Of a stretch of 64,000 nt of DNA, positions 11,260-21,963 are shown one piece after another. How positions within the stretch are numbered: the first letter of the stretch is position 1; each line of letters begins with the position of its first letter. Source of the DNA: Limnothrix sp. BL-A-16 (GTDB taxonomy: Bacteria > Cyanobacteriota > Cyanobacteriia > CACIAM-69d); the NCBI GenBank assembly GCA_041937175.2, contig CP166615.1, forward strand, positions 3,488,001 to 3,552,000. The letters run 5' to 3'. A program made the translations under genes and the position numbers. The notes under the pieces were generated by a model. It saw only the letters and a program-made list of their open reading frames with translations. It searched no databases and was not told the origin of the DNA.

Positions 11260-12978
11260 ATGACTTCTGAACCCGCCGCATCCCTGGCCTACAGCGACAT
11301 TCACAATGCCGATTTGTTGAAACTGCTGCCCGGAGATGCCCGATCGATTGTGGAAGTGGGCTGCTTCACAGGGGCCTTGGGACAGGCCTACAAACGGATT
11401 AACCCCTTTGCCCAATACATCGGTTTAGAACAAGATCCAGCGGCGGCCCAAATTGCGGCGGGTCGGCTCGATCGCGTCTATGTGGGCAATGCGGAAGATC
11501 CCCAACTGGGGGCAGAAATTCCCCCGGAAAGCATGGATTGCCTAGTTTATGGGGATGTGCTGGAGCATTTTATTAATCCTTGGCAAACCCTGACCCACCA
11601 TGCACGCTGGCTGGCTCCCGGCGGCCAAGTAATTGCCTGCATTCCCAATATTCAATATTGGGGAACGATTGTGGATTTGCTGTCGGGCCGTTGGGAATAT
11701 GCGGATTACGGCATTCTCGATCGGGGCCATTTGCGCTTCTTCACCAAGGATTCCATTACCCAGCTTTTTCAGCAGGCGGGCTTAGAAATCGAAGAAATTC
11801 GGGGTCGCAGTCGCCCCGACGAGATGCGCGACAAATTCCAAGAGGCGATCGGGCCGCTGCTGGATCGGTTGGGGGTCGATCGGCAACGATTTAATCAGCA
11901 AAGTGCTTCGGTGCAATACCTGGTGCGAGCCATGCGGCCGGGCGATCGGCCCCAGCGGCACTTCTTTGCCCAAACCCTGGTGATGGAAGCCAAGGTTTGC
12001 AAGCGAGTGCGAGTGACCGAACCGAATGAGTTTTTGAATCGCATTCCCGGAATGCGGGCGATCGCCCAGGATCGCACCGCCACCGCCGGAGCCGTGCAGG
12101 CCCACGAAGAGCCAATCTTTATTTGGCAACGGGCAATTTTGAACCGGGAACAGGATTTGGTGCAGCAACGCAAACTCCTGGCCCGGGGTTATCTGATCAT
12201 CCTGGAAGTGGATGACGACCCCTACCGCTGGGCCCGCACCGAAAAAACTGACTTTTTCGCCTATCGCAGCGTCCACGCCATCCAAACCTCCACGGAACCC
12301 CTGGCCGCCTTCCTGCGCCAAGTGAACCCCTACGTGGCCGTATTTCCCAATCAATTGGCGGAATTGCCCCCACCCGCCGCCATTGATCCACAACGACCGG
12401 TCACCCTCTTTTTTGGGGCCTTGAACCGGGAAAACGATTGGAAACCGCTGATTGATGGCATCAACCGCGTGCTGAATCAACGGGGCGATCGGATCCTGGT
12501 GCATGTGATTCACGATCGCCGCTTTTTTGAAGCCCTGCAAACGCCCCACAAAACCTTCCGCCCCTTCTGTCCCTACGAGGAATATGCGGAACTGTTGCAC
12601 CAAAGCGATGTGGCCCTGTTGCCCCTGGAACGCACCCGCTTCAACGGCATGAAATCGGACTTGAAGTTCATTGAATGCGCCGCCCACAGCACCGCCGCCC
12701 TGGCCAGCCCCGTGGTCTATCAACAAACCCTGATGGATGGTCAAACGGGCTTGCTCTACTACAGCCCAGCGGATTTTGAGCAAAAACTAGCCGCCCTGGT
12801 TGACTACCCCCAATTACGCGAAACCCTAACCCAAAATGCCTATCAGTGGGTGTCCCAAAACCGGCTGATGTGCCAGCACTATCGCCAACGGTATGAGTGG
12901 TATCAATCCCTGCGCGATCGCCTGCCAGAGCTAAACGCGGCCTTGCAGCGCCGAATTCCCGATCTGTTTGCAGGATGA
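11260..12978 (+). CDS. Class I SAM methyltransferase fused to a glycosyltransferase (GT-B/GT4-like) domain
   Basis: [31 protein letters not shown] in N-terminal half; [21 protein letters not shown] in C-terminal half. Confidence 0.85.
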   Translation: MTSEPAASLAYSDIHNADLLKLLPGDARSIVEVGCFTGALGQAYKRINPFAQYIGLEQDPAAAQIAAGRLDRVYVGNAEDPQLGAEIPPESMDCLVYGDVLEHFINPWQTLTHHARWLAPGGQVIACIPNIQYWGTIVDLLSGRWEYADYGILDRGHLRFFTKDSITQLFQQAGLEIEEIRGRSRPDEMRDKFQEAIGPLLDRLGVDRQRFNQQSASVQYLVRAMRPGDRPQRHFFAQTLVMEAKVCKRVRVTEPNEFLNRIPGMRAIAQDRTATAGAVQAHEEPIFIWQRAILNREQDLVQQRKLLARGYLIILEVDDDPYRWARTEKTDFFAYRSVHAIQTSTEPLAAFLRQVNPYVAVFPNQLAELPPPAAIDPQRPVTLFFGALNRENDWKPLIDGINRVLNQRGDRILVHVIHDRRFFEALQTPHKTFRPFCPYEEYAELLHQSDVALLPLERTRFNGMKSDLKFIECAAHSTAALASPVVYQQTLMDGQTGLLYYSPADFEQKLAALVDYPQLRETLTQNAYQWVSQNRLMCQHYRQRYEWYQSLRDRLPELNAALQRRIPDLFAG

Positions 12979-13046
12979 CAGGATATCTGGGAAGTAACTT
13001 GGGGGAATGGCAAGGCACAAGTACTCGTGGGGAGTACTCGTAGGGG

Positions 13047-13066
13047 CAAGGGGCTTAAGCCCCTTG
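13047..13066. repeat. REP-like palindrome CAAGGGGCTTAAGCCCCTTG
   Basis: Perfect 20-bp palindrome, recurring across the window. Confidence 0.9.
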
Positions 13067-13347
13067 TCTGGCAGTGTTGGTGAGGTGATGATTTTCGGTA
13101 ACTGATCGCTTACGCCGCAAAACTTTTACGGACTAATCATGACTGAATTATGGCCCTACCGAAACCTGATTCGTGATCTGTGAAAATGCTCTGCATGATT
13201 CATAAAAACTCCTGAATCATGAGAAATTAATCTCTAGAATACTGACTAAACTTTGATAAAATTGAAGCCTGAAATCAAAAATCTCTTATTAACTGAACAA
13301 TAAAAATGCGTGATAAAAATCAGATTCATTTTTAAATCAAAATTAAC

Positions 13348-13393
13348 AAAAAGTGCCCTATCGATAGCCAAAGGGTTTCTGATAGGGCACTTT
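13348..13393 (-). terminator. Hairpin downstream of ndhO
   Basis: AAAGTGCCCTATC...GATAGGGCACTTT. Confidence 0.7.
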
Positions 13394-13445
13394 AGGGATT
13401 TCTGGAAATGAAATCAGCCAAGACCAGCTTAAGAAAATTAGAGCA

Positions 13446-13664
13446 TTAACCTGAAAATTCTTCGAGTTGATCCAAGCGGAGCCAAATGTTGGGGGTTGGC
13501 ACTTTGCACCACTTCACCAAGGCATAGTCACCCCGCAGATCGAGTACCTCTCCTTTGCTTTCAAATAGGTAGGAAGAAAAGCGCTGATCGCTGGCGGTTG
13601 CTTCGACGCTATTTTCTAATTTTTCGCGAATGGCACGAACAAAGGAACCTTTTTTGACGGGCAT
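13446..13664 (-). CDS. ndhO: NAD(P)H-quinone oxidoreductase subunit O
   Basis: [23 protein letters not shown]...[14 protein letters not shown]. Confidence 0.95.
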   Translation of the reverse strand: MPVKKGSFVRAIREKLENSVEATASDQRFSSYLFESKGEVLDLRGDYALVKWCKVPTPNIWLRLDQLEEFSG

Positions 13665-13751
13665 AGGAGTTAATGGCGCGATCGCACGTAATTGTTAACT
13701 GAGAGCAACCCTTTTTAGGTTGATGCAGATTGTCCCATTTTAAAGCTGAGA

Positions 13752-14702
13752 TCAGACTTTCAGTTGGGCAAAACGTTGGGTTGCCGCCACCAAAGCCCGT
13801 AGAATTCCCGGTTCCGCCATGGAGTGGCCCGCGTCGGGGATGATTTGCAACTCGGCTTCCGGCCAGGCTTGGTGTAATTCCCAGGCGGAAACCACCGGGC
13901 AAACCACGTCATAGCGTCCATGAACAATGACGGCGGGCAAATGTCGGATTCGATCGACCTGTTGCAGCAGTTGATCGGCCGGGTCAAACCAGCCCCCATG
14001 GACAAAGTAGTGGCACTCAATCCGGGCGAAGGCCTCCGCAAAGAAGGGATCGGCAAAGGCCGCCTGCAAATCCGCGTCGGGAATGAGCTTGCTGGTGCTG
14101 GCTTCCCACACGGCCCAAGCCTTGGCCGCTTGTCGTCGCACCGCTGGATTCTTATCGGTCAGGCGACGGTAGTAAGCCCCCATCAGATCCTGTCGTTCGG
14201 CTGGGGGAATTGGCTCTAGGTATTGGGCCCAGGCTTCGGGAAACAAATAGCTGGCTCCCTCTTGATAAAACCAGCGCAGTTCCTGGGGCCGCAGCATGAA
14301 AATTCCCCGCAAGATCAATCCCAAACAGTGATCGGGATGGGTTTCTGCATAGGCCAGGGCGAGGGTGCTGCCCCAACTGCCCCCAAACACCACCCACTGC
14401 TCGATCGCCAAATGCTCCCGCAATCGCTCAATATCCGCCACCAGATCCCAAGTGGTGTTGTGGGTCAAGTCCGCATGGGGCTGGCTGCGGCCACAGCCGC
14501 GTTGGTCAAATTGCACAATTCGCCACTGGGCTGGGTCGCAATATTGCCGATAGCTCGGTTGGCTGCCACCGCCGGGCCCACCATGCAGAATCACAATCGG
14601 CTGGCCGGTGGGATTGCCACTTTCCTCAAAGTAAAGGGTGTGGCGATCGGAAACGGGTAGTGTCCCTTGGCGATAGGGGTCGATCGGCGGAAATAAACTC
14701 AT
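13752..14702 (-). CDS. pip: Proline iminopeptidase
   Basis: LHGGPGGG, FDQRGCGRS, FGGSWGSTL nucleophile motif, DAGHS. Confidence 0.95.
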   Translation of the reverse strand: MSLFPPIDPYRQGTLPVSDRHTLYFEESGNPTGQPIVILHGGPGGGSQPSYRQYCDPAQWRIVQFDQRGCGRSQPHADLTHNTTWDLVADIERLREHLAIEQWVVFGGSWGSTLALAYAETHPDHCLGLILRGIFMLRPQELRWFYQEGASYLFPEAWAQYLEPIPPAERQDLMGAYYRRLTDKNPAVRRQAAKAWAVWEASTSKLIPDADLQAAFADPFFAEAFARIECHYFVHGGWFDPADQLLQQVDRIRHLPAVIVHGRYDVVCPVVSAWELHQAWPEAELQIIPDAGHSMAEPGILRALVAATQRFAQLKV

Positions 14703-14793
14703 GGCAATCCGTCATGTCAAAATCGTAATGACTATGATATTCTCGTAACAGTTCGTAATTCATCCAAAACAGCGCAACAGGAGACTCACTCCC

Positions 14794-15387
14794 ATGACCG
14801 AAGGTTGCCTCCGTGTGGGCCAAGTTGCCCCTGACTTCACCGCTACGGCCGTTTCTGACCAAGAGTTCAAAGAAATTAAGCTGTCGAACTACCGTGGCAA
14901 GTATGTAGTCCTATTTTTCTATCCCCTGGACTTCACCTTTGTCTGCCCCACGGAAATCACGGCCTTCAGCGATCGCTACGCTGAGTTCTCGCAACTGAAC
15001 GCCGAAGTATTGGGCGTTTCGGTGGACAGCGCCTTCTCGCACCTGGCTTGGATCCAAACCGATCGCAAGTCCGGCGGTGTGGGCGATCTGAGCTACCCGT
15101 TGGTTTCGGATATTAAGAAGGAAATCAGCACCGCTTACAACGTGCTGACCGAAGAAGGCATTGCCCTGCGTGGCCTGTTCATCATTGACAAGGAAGGTGT
15201 GATTCAACACGCCACCATCAACAACCTGGCCTTCGGCCGCAGCGTGGATGAGACCTTGCGCGTGCTGCAAGCGATTCAATACGTGCAAACTCACCCCGAT
15301 GAAGTGTGCCCCGCTGGTTGGCAACCGGGTGAAAAGACGATGAATCCGGATCCTGTGAAGTCGAAGGACTACTTCGCCGCCCTGTAA
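14794..15387 (+). CDS. 2-Cys peroxiredoxin (AhpC/TSA)
   Basis: [13 protein letters not shown] and EVCPAGW. Confidence 0.97.
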   Translation: MTEGCLRVGQVAPDFTATAVSDQEFKEIKLSNYRGKYVVLFFYPLDFTFVCPTEITAFSDRYAEFSQLNAEVLGVSVDSAFSHLAWIQTDRKSGGVGDLSYPLVSDIKKEISTAYNVLTEEGIALRGLFIIDKEGVIQHATINNLAFGRSVDETLRVLQAIQYVQTHPDEVCPAGWQPGEKTMNPDPVKSKDYFAAL

Positions 15388-15599
15388 TTAACGTAAATTT
15401 CGGCGCTCTGGCCGGAATTGGTCGGCTGGTGGCCACCGTTCCGATTGCCCTCAGGCTCGGGTAATGGTGGCCCGAACTCCTCCTTCCTAGGAACCCAACC
15501 CGATCGACCGATGAGCCAAAGCCTCTCGATCGACCGGACAGGGTTAATCAACAGTGATTGATTTACTGTCATTAGCTCACATTCTCTGAAAAATGCGAA

Positions 15600-16835
15600 T
15601 CCATCCTAGGGGCTGTCATACAATGAACAGATGCTACTCGGATTCAAAACTCAACTCAAGCTCAACAACCAACAACGCACCGCGTTAGCTCGCCATGCCG
15701 GTGTTGCGCGTCATGCCTGGAATTGGGGTTTGGGACTGACCAAGGAAATCCTTGACCACAACCAATTACATCCCGAGGAAAAGATCAAGTTTCCATCCGC
15801 TATTGATTTGCATAAGTGGTTGGTAGCCTTGGTCAAGTCTGAACACCCTTGGTACTATGAGGTCTCCAAAAGTTCTCCTCAAAATGCTTTACGTCATTTA
15901 CGGGTAGCTTGGGATCGATGCTTCAAAAAGACTTCAGGCGCTCCTAAATTCAAGAAAAAGGGTCGTCATGACTCCTTTGAACTGGATGGAGCTATTCATA
16001 TCAAGGGTTTGAATAAGATTCAGGTTCCCAAGATTGGCATCCTGAAGACCTATGAAGCATTACCTCAAAATGTTCAACCTAAATCAGTCACCATCAGCCG
16101 CCAAACGAATGATTGGTTTATCTCGTTTCGGATTGAGATCGAACCCGTCATTACGCCTAAATTGGTTGATGTTGTAGGTGTTGACTTGGGTGTCAAGTCC
16201 TTGGCAACTCTCAGCACTGGAGAATTGTTTGAAGGCGCTAAAGCCTACAGACAACTGGAGTCTCGGCTCTCTCGGTTGCAATGGCTGAATCGCCACAAAC
16301 AGCGAGGATCTGAGAACTGGAAAAAGGCTCAATCAAAGATCGCCCAGTTGCATCAGCGGATCGCCAACATCCGTAAAGACACAATTCATAAGCTCACGAC
16401 CTACCTCGCCAAGAACCACGGCATGGTGGTCATTGAGGATCTGAATGTGTCCGGGATGATGGCGAATCACAAGCTGTCCAAGGCGATTCAGGATGTGGGG
16501 TTCTATGAGTTTCGGCGGCAACTGGATTACAAGACGAAGTTGTATGGCTCTGAGCTGGTGATTGTGGATCGCTGGTTTCCATCCAGCAAGACTTGTTCCC
16601 GTTGTGGCAAGAAAAAAGAGACCCTATCCCTGTCAGAGCGGGTGTTTGATTGTGATCACTGTGGATTGCAGATTGATCGCGATTTGAATGCCGCGATTAA
16701 TCTGCAAAGGGCGGCCAGTCCGGTCGTGTCAGCCTGTGGAGCGGATGAAGCCGACTTCGCCGCGATGAAGCAGGAAGCTTCCTGATTGCTGCATTTGCTA
16801 GTCAATTGCAGCAATTGTTAGTGAATTAGTGACGG
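15600..16835 (+). mobile_element. Non-autonomous tnpB-only element (IS607/IS1341-like); boundaries approximate
   Basis: No tnpA nearby; lower GC and no HIP1 octamer seen; hairpin ATTGCTGCA...TGCAGCAAT after the stop, then ...GTGACGG as candidate right end. Confidence 0.6.
15631..16785 (+). CDS. tnpB: RNA-guided endonuclease TnpB (IS200/IS605-IS607 OrfB)
   Basis: HTH_OrfB-like N-terminus, RuvC GVDLG / IEDL / DRDLNAAIN, zinc finger CSRC..CDHC. Confidence 0.95.
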   Translation: MLLGFKTQLKLNNQQRTALARHAGVARHAWNWGLGLTKEILDHNQLHPEEKIKFPSAIDLHKWLVALVKSEHPWYYEVSKSSPQNALRHLRVAWDRCFKKTSGAPKFKKKGRHDSFELDGAIHIKGLNKIQVPKIGILKTYEALPQNVQPKSVTISRQTNDWFISFRIEIEPVITPKLVDVVGVDLGVKSLATLSTGELFEGAKAYRQLESRLSRLQWLNRHKQRGSENWKKAQSKIAQLHQRIANIRKDTIHKLTTYLAKNHGMVVIEDLNVSGMMANHKLSKAIQDVGFYEFRRQLDYKTKLYGSELVIVDRWFPSSKTCSRCGKKKETLSLSERVFDCDHCGLQIDRDLNAAINLQRAASPVVSACGADEADFAAMKQEAS

Positions 16836-16878
16836 TTGAAGATCATTTCGAGGTTGGCTGAACTGACTCCTGAGAGAG

Positions 16879-16912
16879 AGTCGCTATCTTTTGGCAAGAT
16901 GGCGACTTTTTT
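16879..16912 (+). terminator. Rho-independent terminator downstream of tnpB
   Basis: AGTCGCTATCTT-loop-AAGATGGCGACT followed by T-run. Confidence 0.75.
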
Positions 16913-16998
16913 GTTGGTGGGGTGTTCAGGATTGGGGTTCGATCGATTAGGTAGACTTTGGGTTGAGTTCTCCTGCTGAATGGTCTCGAAGCTGTCCA

Positions 16999-17427
16999 AT
17001 GAGTCGTCGCCCATCCCCATCATCTGCCGATCGCCCGGAGTCTTCGCCCCAGAAGCCTTTGTCTGAGGAGGCGGAGTTTTCGGCTTTTTTAGCCCAATTG
17101 AGTGATCAGCTAGCGGCGACGGAAACCGCCATGGGACAGGTGCGATCGCGCTTGGAGCAGGTACGGGCCGATCGGGAGCGGCGGGCTAGCTTGGGTCATC
17201 AGGTGGAAGTGGTGCGAGCGGATTTGGCCCGGGCGCGCGATCGGGAAATTCGCAGCGAATTAACGCAAACAATCCAGACCTTGCAGCGGGAGTTGGAAGA
17301 ATTGGACTTGGCCTTGGAAAGTCGCCTATTTGCGGACAGCGGCTTAAAGGAAGTGTTTTGGCAAGCGGTGCGGTTTGGCAGTTTGGGAGTGGTGTTGGGT
17401 TGGTTGCTCAAGCTATGGGCCGGTTAA
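16999..17427 (+). CDS. Coiled-coil protein with C-terminal membrane anchor
   Basis: Heptad-rich body ending FWQAVRFGSLGVVLGWLLK; ATG at 16999. Confidence 0.75.
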   Translation: MSRRPSPSSADRPESSPQKPLSEEAEFSAFLAQLSDQLAATETAMGQVRSRLEQVRADRERRASLGHQVEVVRADLARARDREIRSELTQTIQTLQRELEELDLALESRLFADSGLKEVFWQAVRFGSLGVVLGWLLKLWAG

Positions 17428-18689
17428 TGGGGACGGGGGCGCTAGTGTGGGCGGTTCTGTTGGGTTTGGGGATTGATCGAGCTGATGCTGATCGGCCGAT
17501 CGAGCCGCCTCAACCCGCGTTGGATCGTCATGCCTTGCTGAAAAACTGGGAACTGCCCTCGCCCCCGGAGCGTCGGCGGCCCCTGTGGCCCCTGACTCCG
17601 CGCCCGCCGGTTTCGCTCGATCGCGCCCGATGGGGGAGTCCTCGGCTGGAATCGCAGTTGCGGCTCTATCGGCAATATTTGGCAACCCACGGCCAGCCGC
17701 CGGATTTGTTGATTGTGGGCAGTTCCCGATCGCTCCAGGGCATTGATCCGACGGTTTTGGCCCGTTCGTTGTCAACAACCCTGCGGCGGCCCGTGCGGGT
17801 GTTTAACTTTGGCATTAACGGCGCAACGGCCCAGGTGGTGCGTTGGTTGCTGATGGATTTGTTCCCGCCGGACTGGTTGCCTCGGGTGGTGGTTTGGGGC
17901 GATGGCTCACGGGCCTTTAACAGTGGTCGGATCGATCGCACCTTTGCCAGCATTGCCGCTTCCGAGGGTTTCCGGCAACTGGCCATGGCTCGCGCCCGGG
18001 GCGGTCACCCTTGGTCTGTGTCGCGGTGGCGGGAATCGCCTTGGGGGCGATCGGTCAGTGGGTTGCCATCCTTGACCCTCAACAGCAGCGCCTATCCCGG
18101 TGCGGCTCTGATGCCCGGCCTGATGCCCGGTGGGCTTCAACAACCACAGCCCTGGCCCCTGCGCCCAGAACCAGAACTCGATCGACTGGGATTTTTGGCT
18201 GATTTGCGCCGTTTTGCGCCCGATCGCTACTATCAACAATTTCCGAAAGTGCCGGGTCGCTATGACGATATGTACAGCGGTTTTCAGTTGGTAGGCGGTG
18301 TTCAAGATCGGGCTGTGCGCCAGTTGATTGCCTTTGCGCGATCGCGCGGGATCCGCCTGAGTTTTGTGAACTTGCCCCTCAGTCAGGATTATTTGGATCC
18401 GGCCCGATTGACCTATGAACGGGAATTCCAGACCTATTTGGCACAACTGCGAGATCAGGGGTTAATCGTTCAAGATTGGTTGCTGCGCTGGCCCGATCGC
18501 CATGACTATTTCGCAGACCCCAGCCACATCAACCGCTATGGAGCCGCCGCGATCGCCCTGGATTTGGCCCAGGATGCCTGGCTACGTTGGAATTTGACCC
18601 CGATCGCCGGTCGGCCTGCACCGGTTTTGCATGAAGCGCCGGATCGGGGGATCAATGGGCGATCGGGGCCACTGCGGCCAGCCCCTTAA
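17427..18689 (+). CDS. SGNH/DUF1574-like exported protein
   Basis: LIVGSSRS, FNFGINGAT, FADPSHIN blocks; TAATG overlap with upstream gene. Confidence 0.75.
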   Translation: MGTGALVWAVLLGLGIDRADADRPIEPPQPALDRHALLKNWELPSPPERRRPLWPLTPRPPVSLDRARWGSPRLESQLRLYRQYLATHGQPPDLLIVGSSRSLQGIDPTVLARSLSTTLRRPVRVFNFGINGATAQVVRWLLMDLFPPDWLPRVVVWGDGSRAFNSGRIDRTFASIAASEGFRQLAMARARGGHPWSVSRWRESPWGRSVSGLPSLTLNSSAYPGAALMPGLMPGGLQQPQPWPLRPEPELDRLGFLADLRRFAPDRYYQQFPKVPGRYDDMYSGFQLVGGVQDRAVRQLIAFARSRGIRLSFVNLPLSQDYLDPARLTYEREFQTYLAQLRDQGLIVQDWLLRWPDRHDYFADPSHINRYGAAAIALDLAQDAWLRWNLTPIAGRPAPVLHEAPDRGINGRSGPLRPAP

Positions 18690-18993
18690 AGGATTGGCTT
18701 TCGCGTTAGAAATCCGCATGGTTGTGGGCCCGATCATTGGCAATTGCCCTTGGAATCAACCTTTCGATCGCAGGCGAGATCATGAACCGCGATCGGGTAG
18801 GTGAGTGGAACCAGAAGGGGGGCGATCGGCTGAATGAGCCACCGAAGCGATCGGGTCTAAATCCTTATGGAGTCTTGTTTTACGTCCCTTTGTCGAGACA
18901 GTTGGCCGTGAATTAACAAACGGTCTAGTATCTAACAAACGGTGTTAGGATTGCCACAGTAATAGAAAGAATCTCCAAGGATCATCATCATTC

Positions 18994-21150
18994 ATGCAAG
19001 AAATTGACAAGTCAATATCCTTTGATGGAAGGGATATTCGGCTGAAGATCGGTTTGCTCGCACCCCAAGCTGGTGGATCGGTACTGATTGGGTCGGGCGA
19101 TACCGCAGTGTTAGTAACCGCCACCCGTTCCTCAGCGCGCGAGGGCATTGATTTTCTTCCCCTCACTGTTGATTACGAAGAACGGCTGTATGCCGCTGGC
19201 CGCATTCCGGGTAGCTTCCAGCGCCGCGAAGGTCGCCCGCCGGAAAAGGCGATTTTGACCGGTCGTTTGATCGATCGCCCCATGCGCCCGCTGTTTCCGA
19301 ATTGGTTGCGCGACGATATCCAAGTGGTGGCCACCACCGTGTCCCTCGATCCCGACGTGCCGCCGGATGTGCTGGCCGTGACGGGTGCTTCGATCGCCAC
19401 CTTGTTGGCCCAAATTCCCTTCCAGGGGCCGATGGCGGCGGTGCGCGTGGGTTTGGTGGGCGACGAGTTCATCATCAACCCCACCTATGCGGAAATTGAA
19501 AAGGGTGAATTGGATCTGGTGGTTGCCGGATCGCCCGATGGCGTGGTGATGGTGGAAGCGGGGGCAAATCAACTGCCCGAAGCGGACATCATCGAAGCGA
19601 TCGACTTTGGCTATGAAGCCGTGCGTGATCTGATCCAGGCGCAACGGGACATCATCGCTGAATTGGGTCTGGAACTGGTGACGGCGGAACCCCCCGCGAT
19701 CGACACCACCCTCGAAGACTTCATTCGATCGCGCACCACGGACGAAATCAAAGGCATCTTGTCGCAATTTGAGCTGGGCAAAACCCGGCGCGACGCGGCC
19801 TTGGATGCCCTGCAAGCGACCGTGGCCCAGGAAATTGTTGATCGCGCCGACGATGACGCGATTAAAATTGCCGCCACCGCTGACCCCAAGGCCCTGCCCA
19901 AGGTCTTTAAGGCGGTCACCAAGTCCTTGATGCGTCGCCAAATCGTCGAAGATGGCGTGCGCGTCGATGGTCGCAAACTGGATGAAGTGCGCCAGGTCTC
20001 CTGCCGGGCCGGGGTGTTGCCCTCCCGCGTTCACGGTAGTGGTTTGTTCCAACGGGGCTTGACCCAGGTGATGTCCGTGGTGACCCTGGGGACTCCCGGC
20101 GATGCCCAGGAACTGGACGATCTGCACCCGGATGAGCAAAAGCGCTATTTGCACCACTACAACTTCCCGCCCTACTCGGTGGGCGAAACTCGTCCGATGC
20201 GATCGCCCGGTCGCCGGGAAATCGGTCACGGGGCCTTGGCAGAGCGGGCCCTAGTGCCCGTGTTGCCGTCCAAGGAAGCCTTCCCCTACGTGTTGCGCGT
20301 GGTGTCGGAAGTGCTGTCCTCGGATGGTTCCACCTCCATGGGTTCGGTTTGTGGCTCAACCCTGTCCCTGATGGATGCCGGCGTGCCGATCGCCAAGCCC
20401 GTCAGCGGCGCAGCCATGGGCTTGATCAAGGAAGGCGAAGAAATTCGCGTTCTGACGGACATCCAAGGTCTGGAAGACTTCCTGGGTGACATGGACTTCA
20501 AGGTGGCCGGCACCGACAGCGGCATCACCGCCCTACAGATGGACATGAAGATCACCGGGTTGGACATGGGCACGATCGCCAAGGCGATCGAACAGGCCCG
20601 CCCGGCTCGTCTGCACATCCTGGAAAAGATGATGGCGGCGATCGATCAACCGCGTAGCGACCTGTCGAAGTTTGCCCCGCGTCTGCTGACCTTCCGCATC
20701 GACCCGAGCGACATCGGCATGGTGATCGGGCCCGGCGGTAAAACGATCAAGGGCATCGTTGAAGAAACCGGCGCGAAAATCGACATCGAAGACAGCGGCT
20801 TGGTCACCGTGTCTTCAAACGATGGCGAAAAGGCCAAGCGCGCGGCCCAAATTGTCCAAAACATGACTCGCAAGATCGAAGTGGGCAGCGTGTTTGTGGG
20901 CAAAGTCACCCGCACGATTCCGATCGGGGCGTTTGTGGAATTCCTGCCCGGCAAAGAAGGCATGATCCACATTTCCCAACTGGCCGATCGGCGCGTGGGC
21001 AAAGTCGAAGACGTGGTGGCCGTGGGCGATGAGGTGATCATCAAGGTGCGCGAAATCGACAATCGCGGCCGGATTAACCTGACTCGTTTGGGCATCCACC
21101 CCGACGAAGCGGCGGCGGCCCGCGATGCGGCCGAAGCGGCGGCCACCTAA
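18994..21150 (+). CDS. pnp: Polyribonucleotide nucleotidyltransferase
   Basis: [25 protein letters not shown] and S1 domains. Confidence 0.98.
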   Translation: MQEIDKSISFDGRDIRLKIGLLAPQAGGSVLIGSGDTAVLVTATRSSAREGIDFLPLTVDYEERLYAAGRIPGSFQRREGRPPEKAILTGRLIDRPMRPLFPNWLRDDIQVVATTVSLDPDVPPDVLAVTGASIATLLAQIPFQGPMAAVRVGLVGDEFIINPTYAEIEKGELDLVVAGSPDGVVMVEAGANQLPEADIIEAIDFGYEAVRDLIQAQRDIIAELGLELVTAEPPAIDTTLEDFIRSRTTDEIKGILSQFELGKTRRDAALDALQATVAQEIVDRADDDAIKIAATADPKALPKVFKAVTKSLMRRQIVEDGVRVDGRKLDEVRQVSCRAGVLPSRVHGSGLFQRGLTQVMSVVTLGTPGDAQELDDLHPDEQKRYLHHYNFPPYSVGETRPMRSPGRREIGHGALAERALVPVLPSKEAFPYVLRVVSEVLSSDGSTSMGSVCGSTLSLMDAGVPIAKPVSGAAMGLIKEGEEIRVLTDIQGLEDFLGDMDFKVAGTDSGITALQMDMKITGLDMGTIAKAIEQARPARLHILEKMMAAIDQPRSDLSKFAPRLLTFRIDPSDIGMVIGPGGKTIKGIVEETGAKIDIEDSGLVTVSSNDGEKAKRAAQIVQNMTRKIEVGSVFVGKVTRTIPIGAFVEFLPGKEGMIHISQLADRRVGKVEDVVAVGDEVIIKVREIDNRGRINLTRLGIHPDEAAAARDAAEAAAT

Positions 21151-21252
21151 GTCACTTGGGCCCAAAGGCCCCGCCCCGACCTCCTCCAGCAGTCTAGTGA
21201 CGGGAGGTATGGGGTCGATTCCATGGCTCTTGCACGAGGGCTAACCAACCTG

Positions 21253-21287
21253 AAACCGGAGATCGACTGTTCGATCTCCGGTTTTTT
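21253..21287 (+). terminator. pnp terminator
   Basis: AAACCGGAGATCGA-loop-TCGATCTCCGGTTTTTT. Confidence 0.85.
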
Positions 21288-21963
21288 GTGGGCATTGTTC
21301 TGAATTGGTTCTGAATTGGTTCTGAATTTTTGGCAGGACGGCGCTCAAAAATTGGAGGCGATCGAACAAAAACGCCGATCGCCCCATGTCATCAGGCCTC
21401 TAGGCAAAAATCACTAGCGAGGTTAACTAGAATCACAGGGAATGATGATGGCGATCGCAGGACTCAGCTCCCGAAATCCTTGACCATAACTCCTTAGCAG
21501 AACGGAGGGAATCTTCGTTGTGACGCTTCCCTCCGCTGTTACCAATCTCTCGATGCCTGACCTCATCCTTGTGGAAATGTTCCCCATGGGTGAGGTCAAG
21601 CCTCCATATTAACCAAAGAATTTGCTCAAGCCCGACTTTGCCAGCGCGTGGCCTTTTGGTGGTTGGTATTCGGCTCGAATTGTGGTGAAATGCGGACATG
21701 AGCCGCCTTTCATAGCCTTGAAATAAACTTGAAACAAAACCGAAGCCGGTTGAATCTTGGATCTTAAATCTTGATTCAAGATGGAATTCGTATTGAACGC
21801 CTATGGAATTCGGATGGAATTCGGATGGAATTCGGATGGGATCCATGGGTGATTTGGGTTTGGATCAGGGGTGTTTCCTTGCGGTTGGAGCGGCCCTGTT
21901 AAGCTAAGAGCATGAGAAACCCCTGGCCAAGTCGTTTATTCCCACCGGGCGATCGGGCGATCG

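Noticed and set aside
13080..13345. AT-rich patch as a foreign insertion
   Set aside because: Short, non-coding, between convergent genes, with no termini or ORF to support it.
16836..16860. TnpB guide targeting the MITE
   Set aside because: The 10-nt match is distal; the predicted seed-proximal bases do not match.
21433..21846. 137-aa minus-strand ORF
   Set aside because: Starts in an 11-mer tandem repeat and has no recognisable motif; better explained as structured intergenic DNA.
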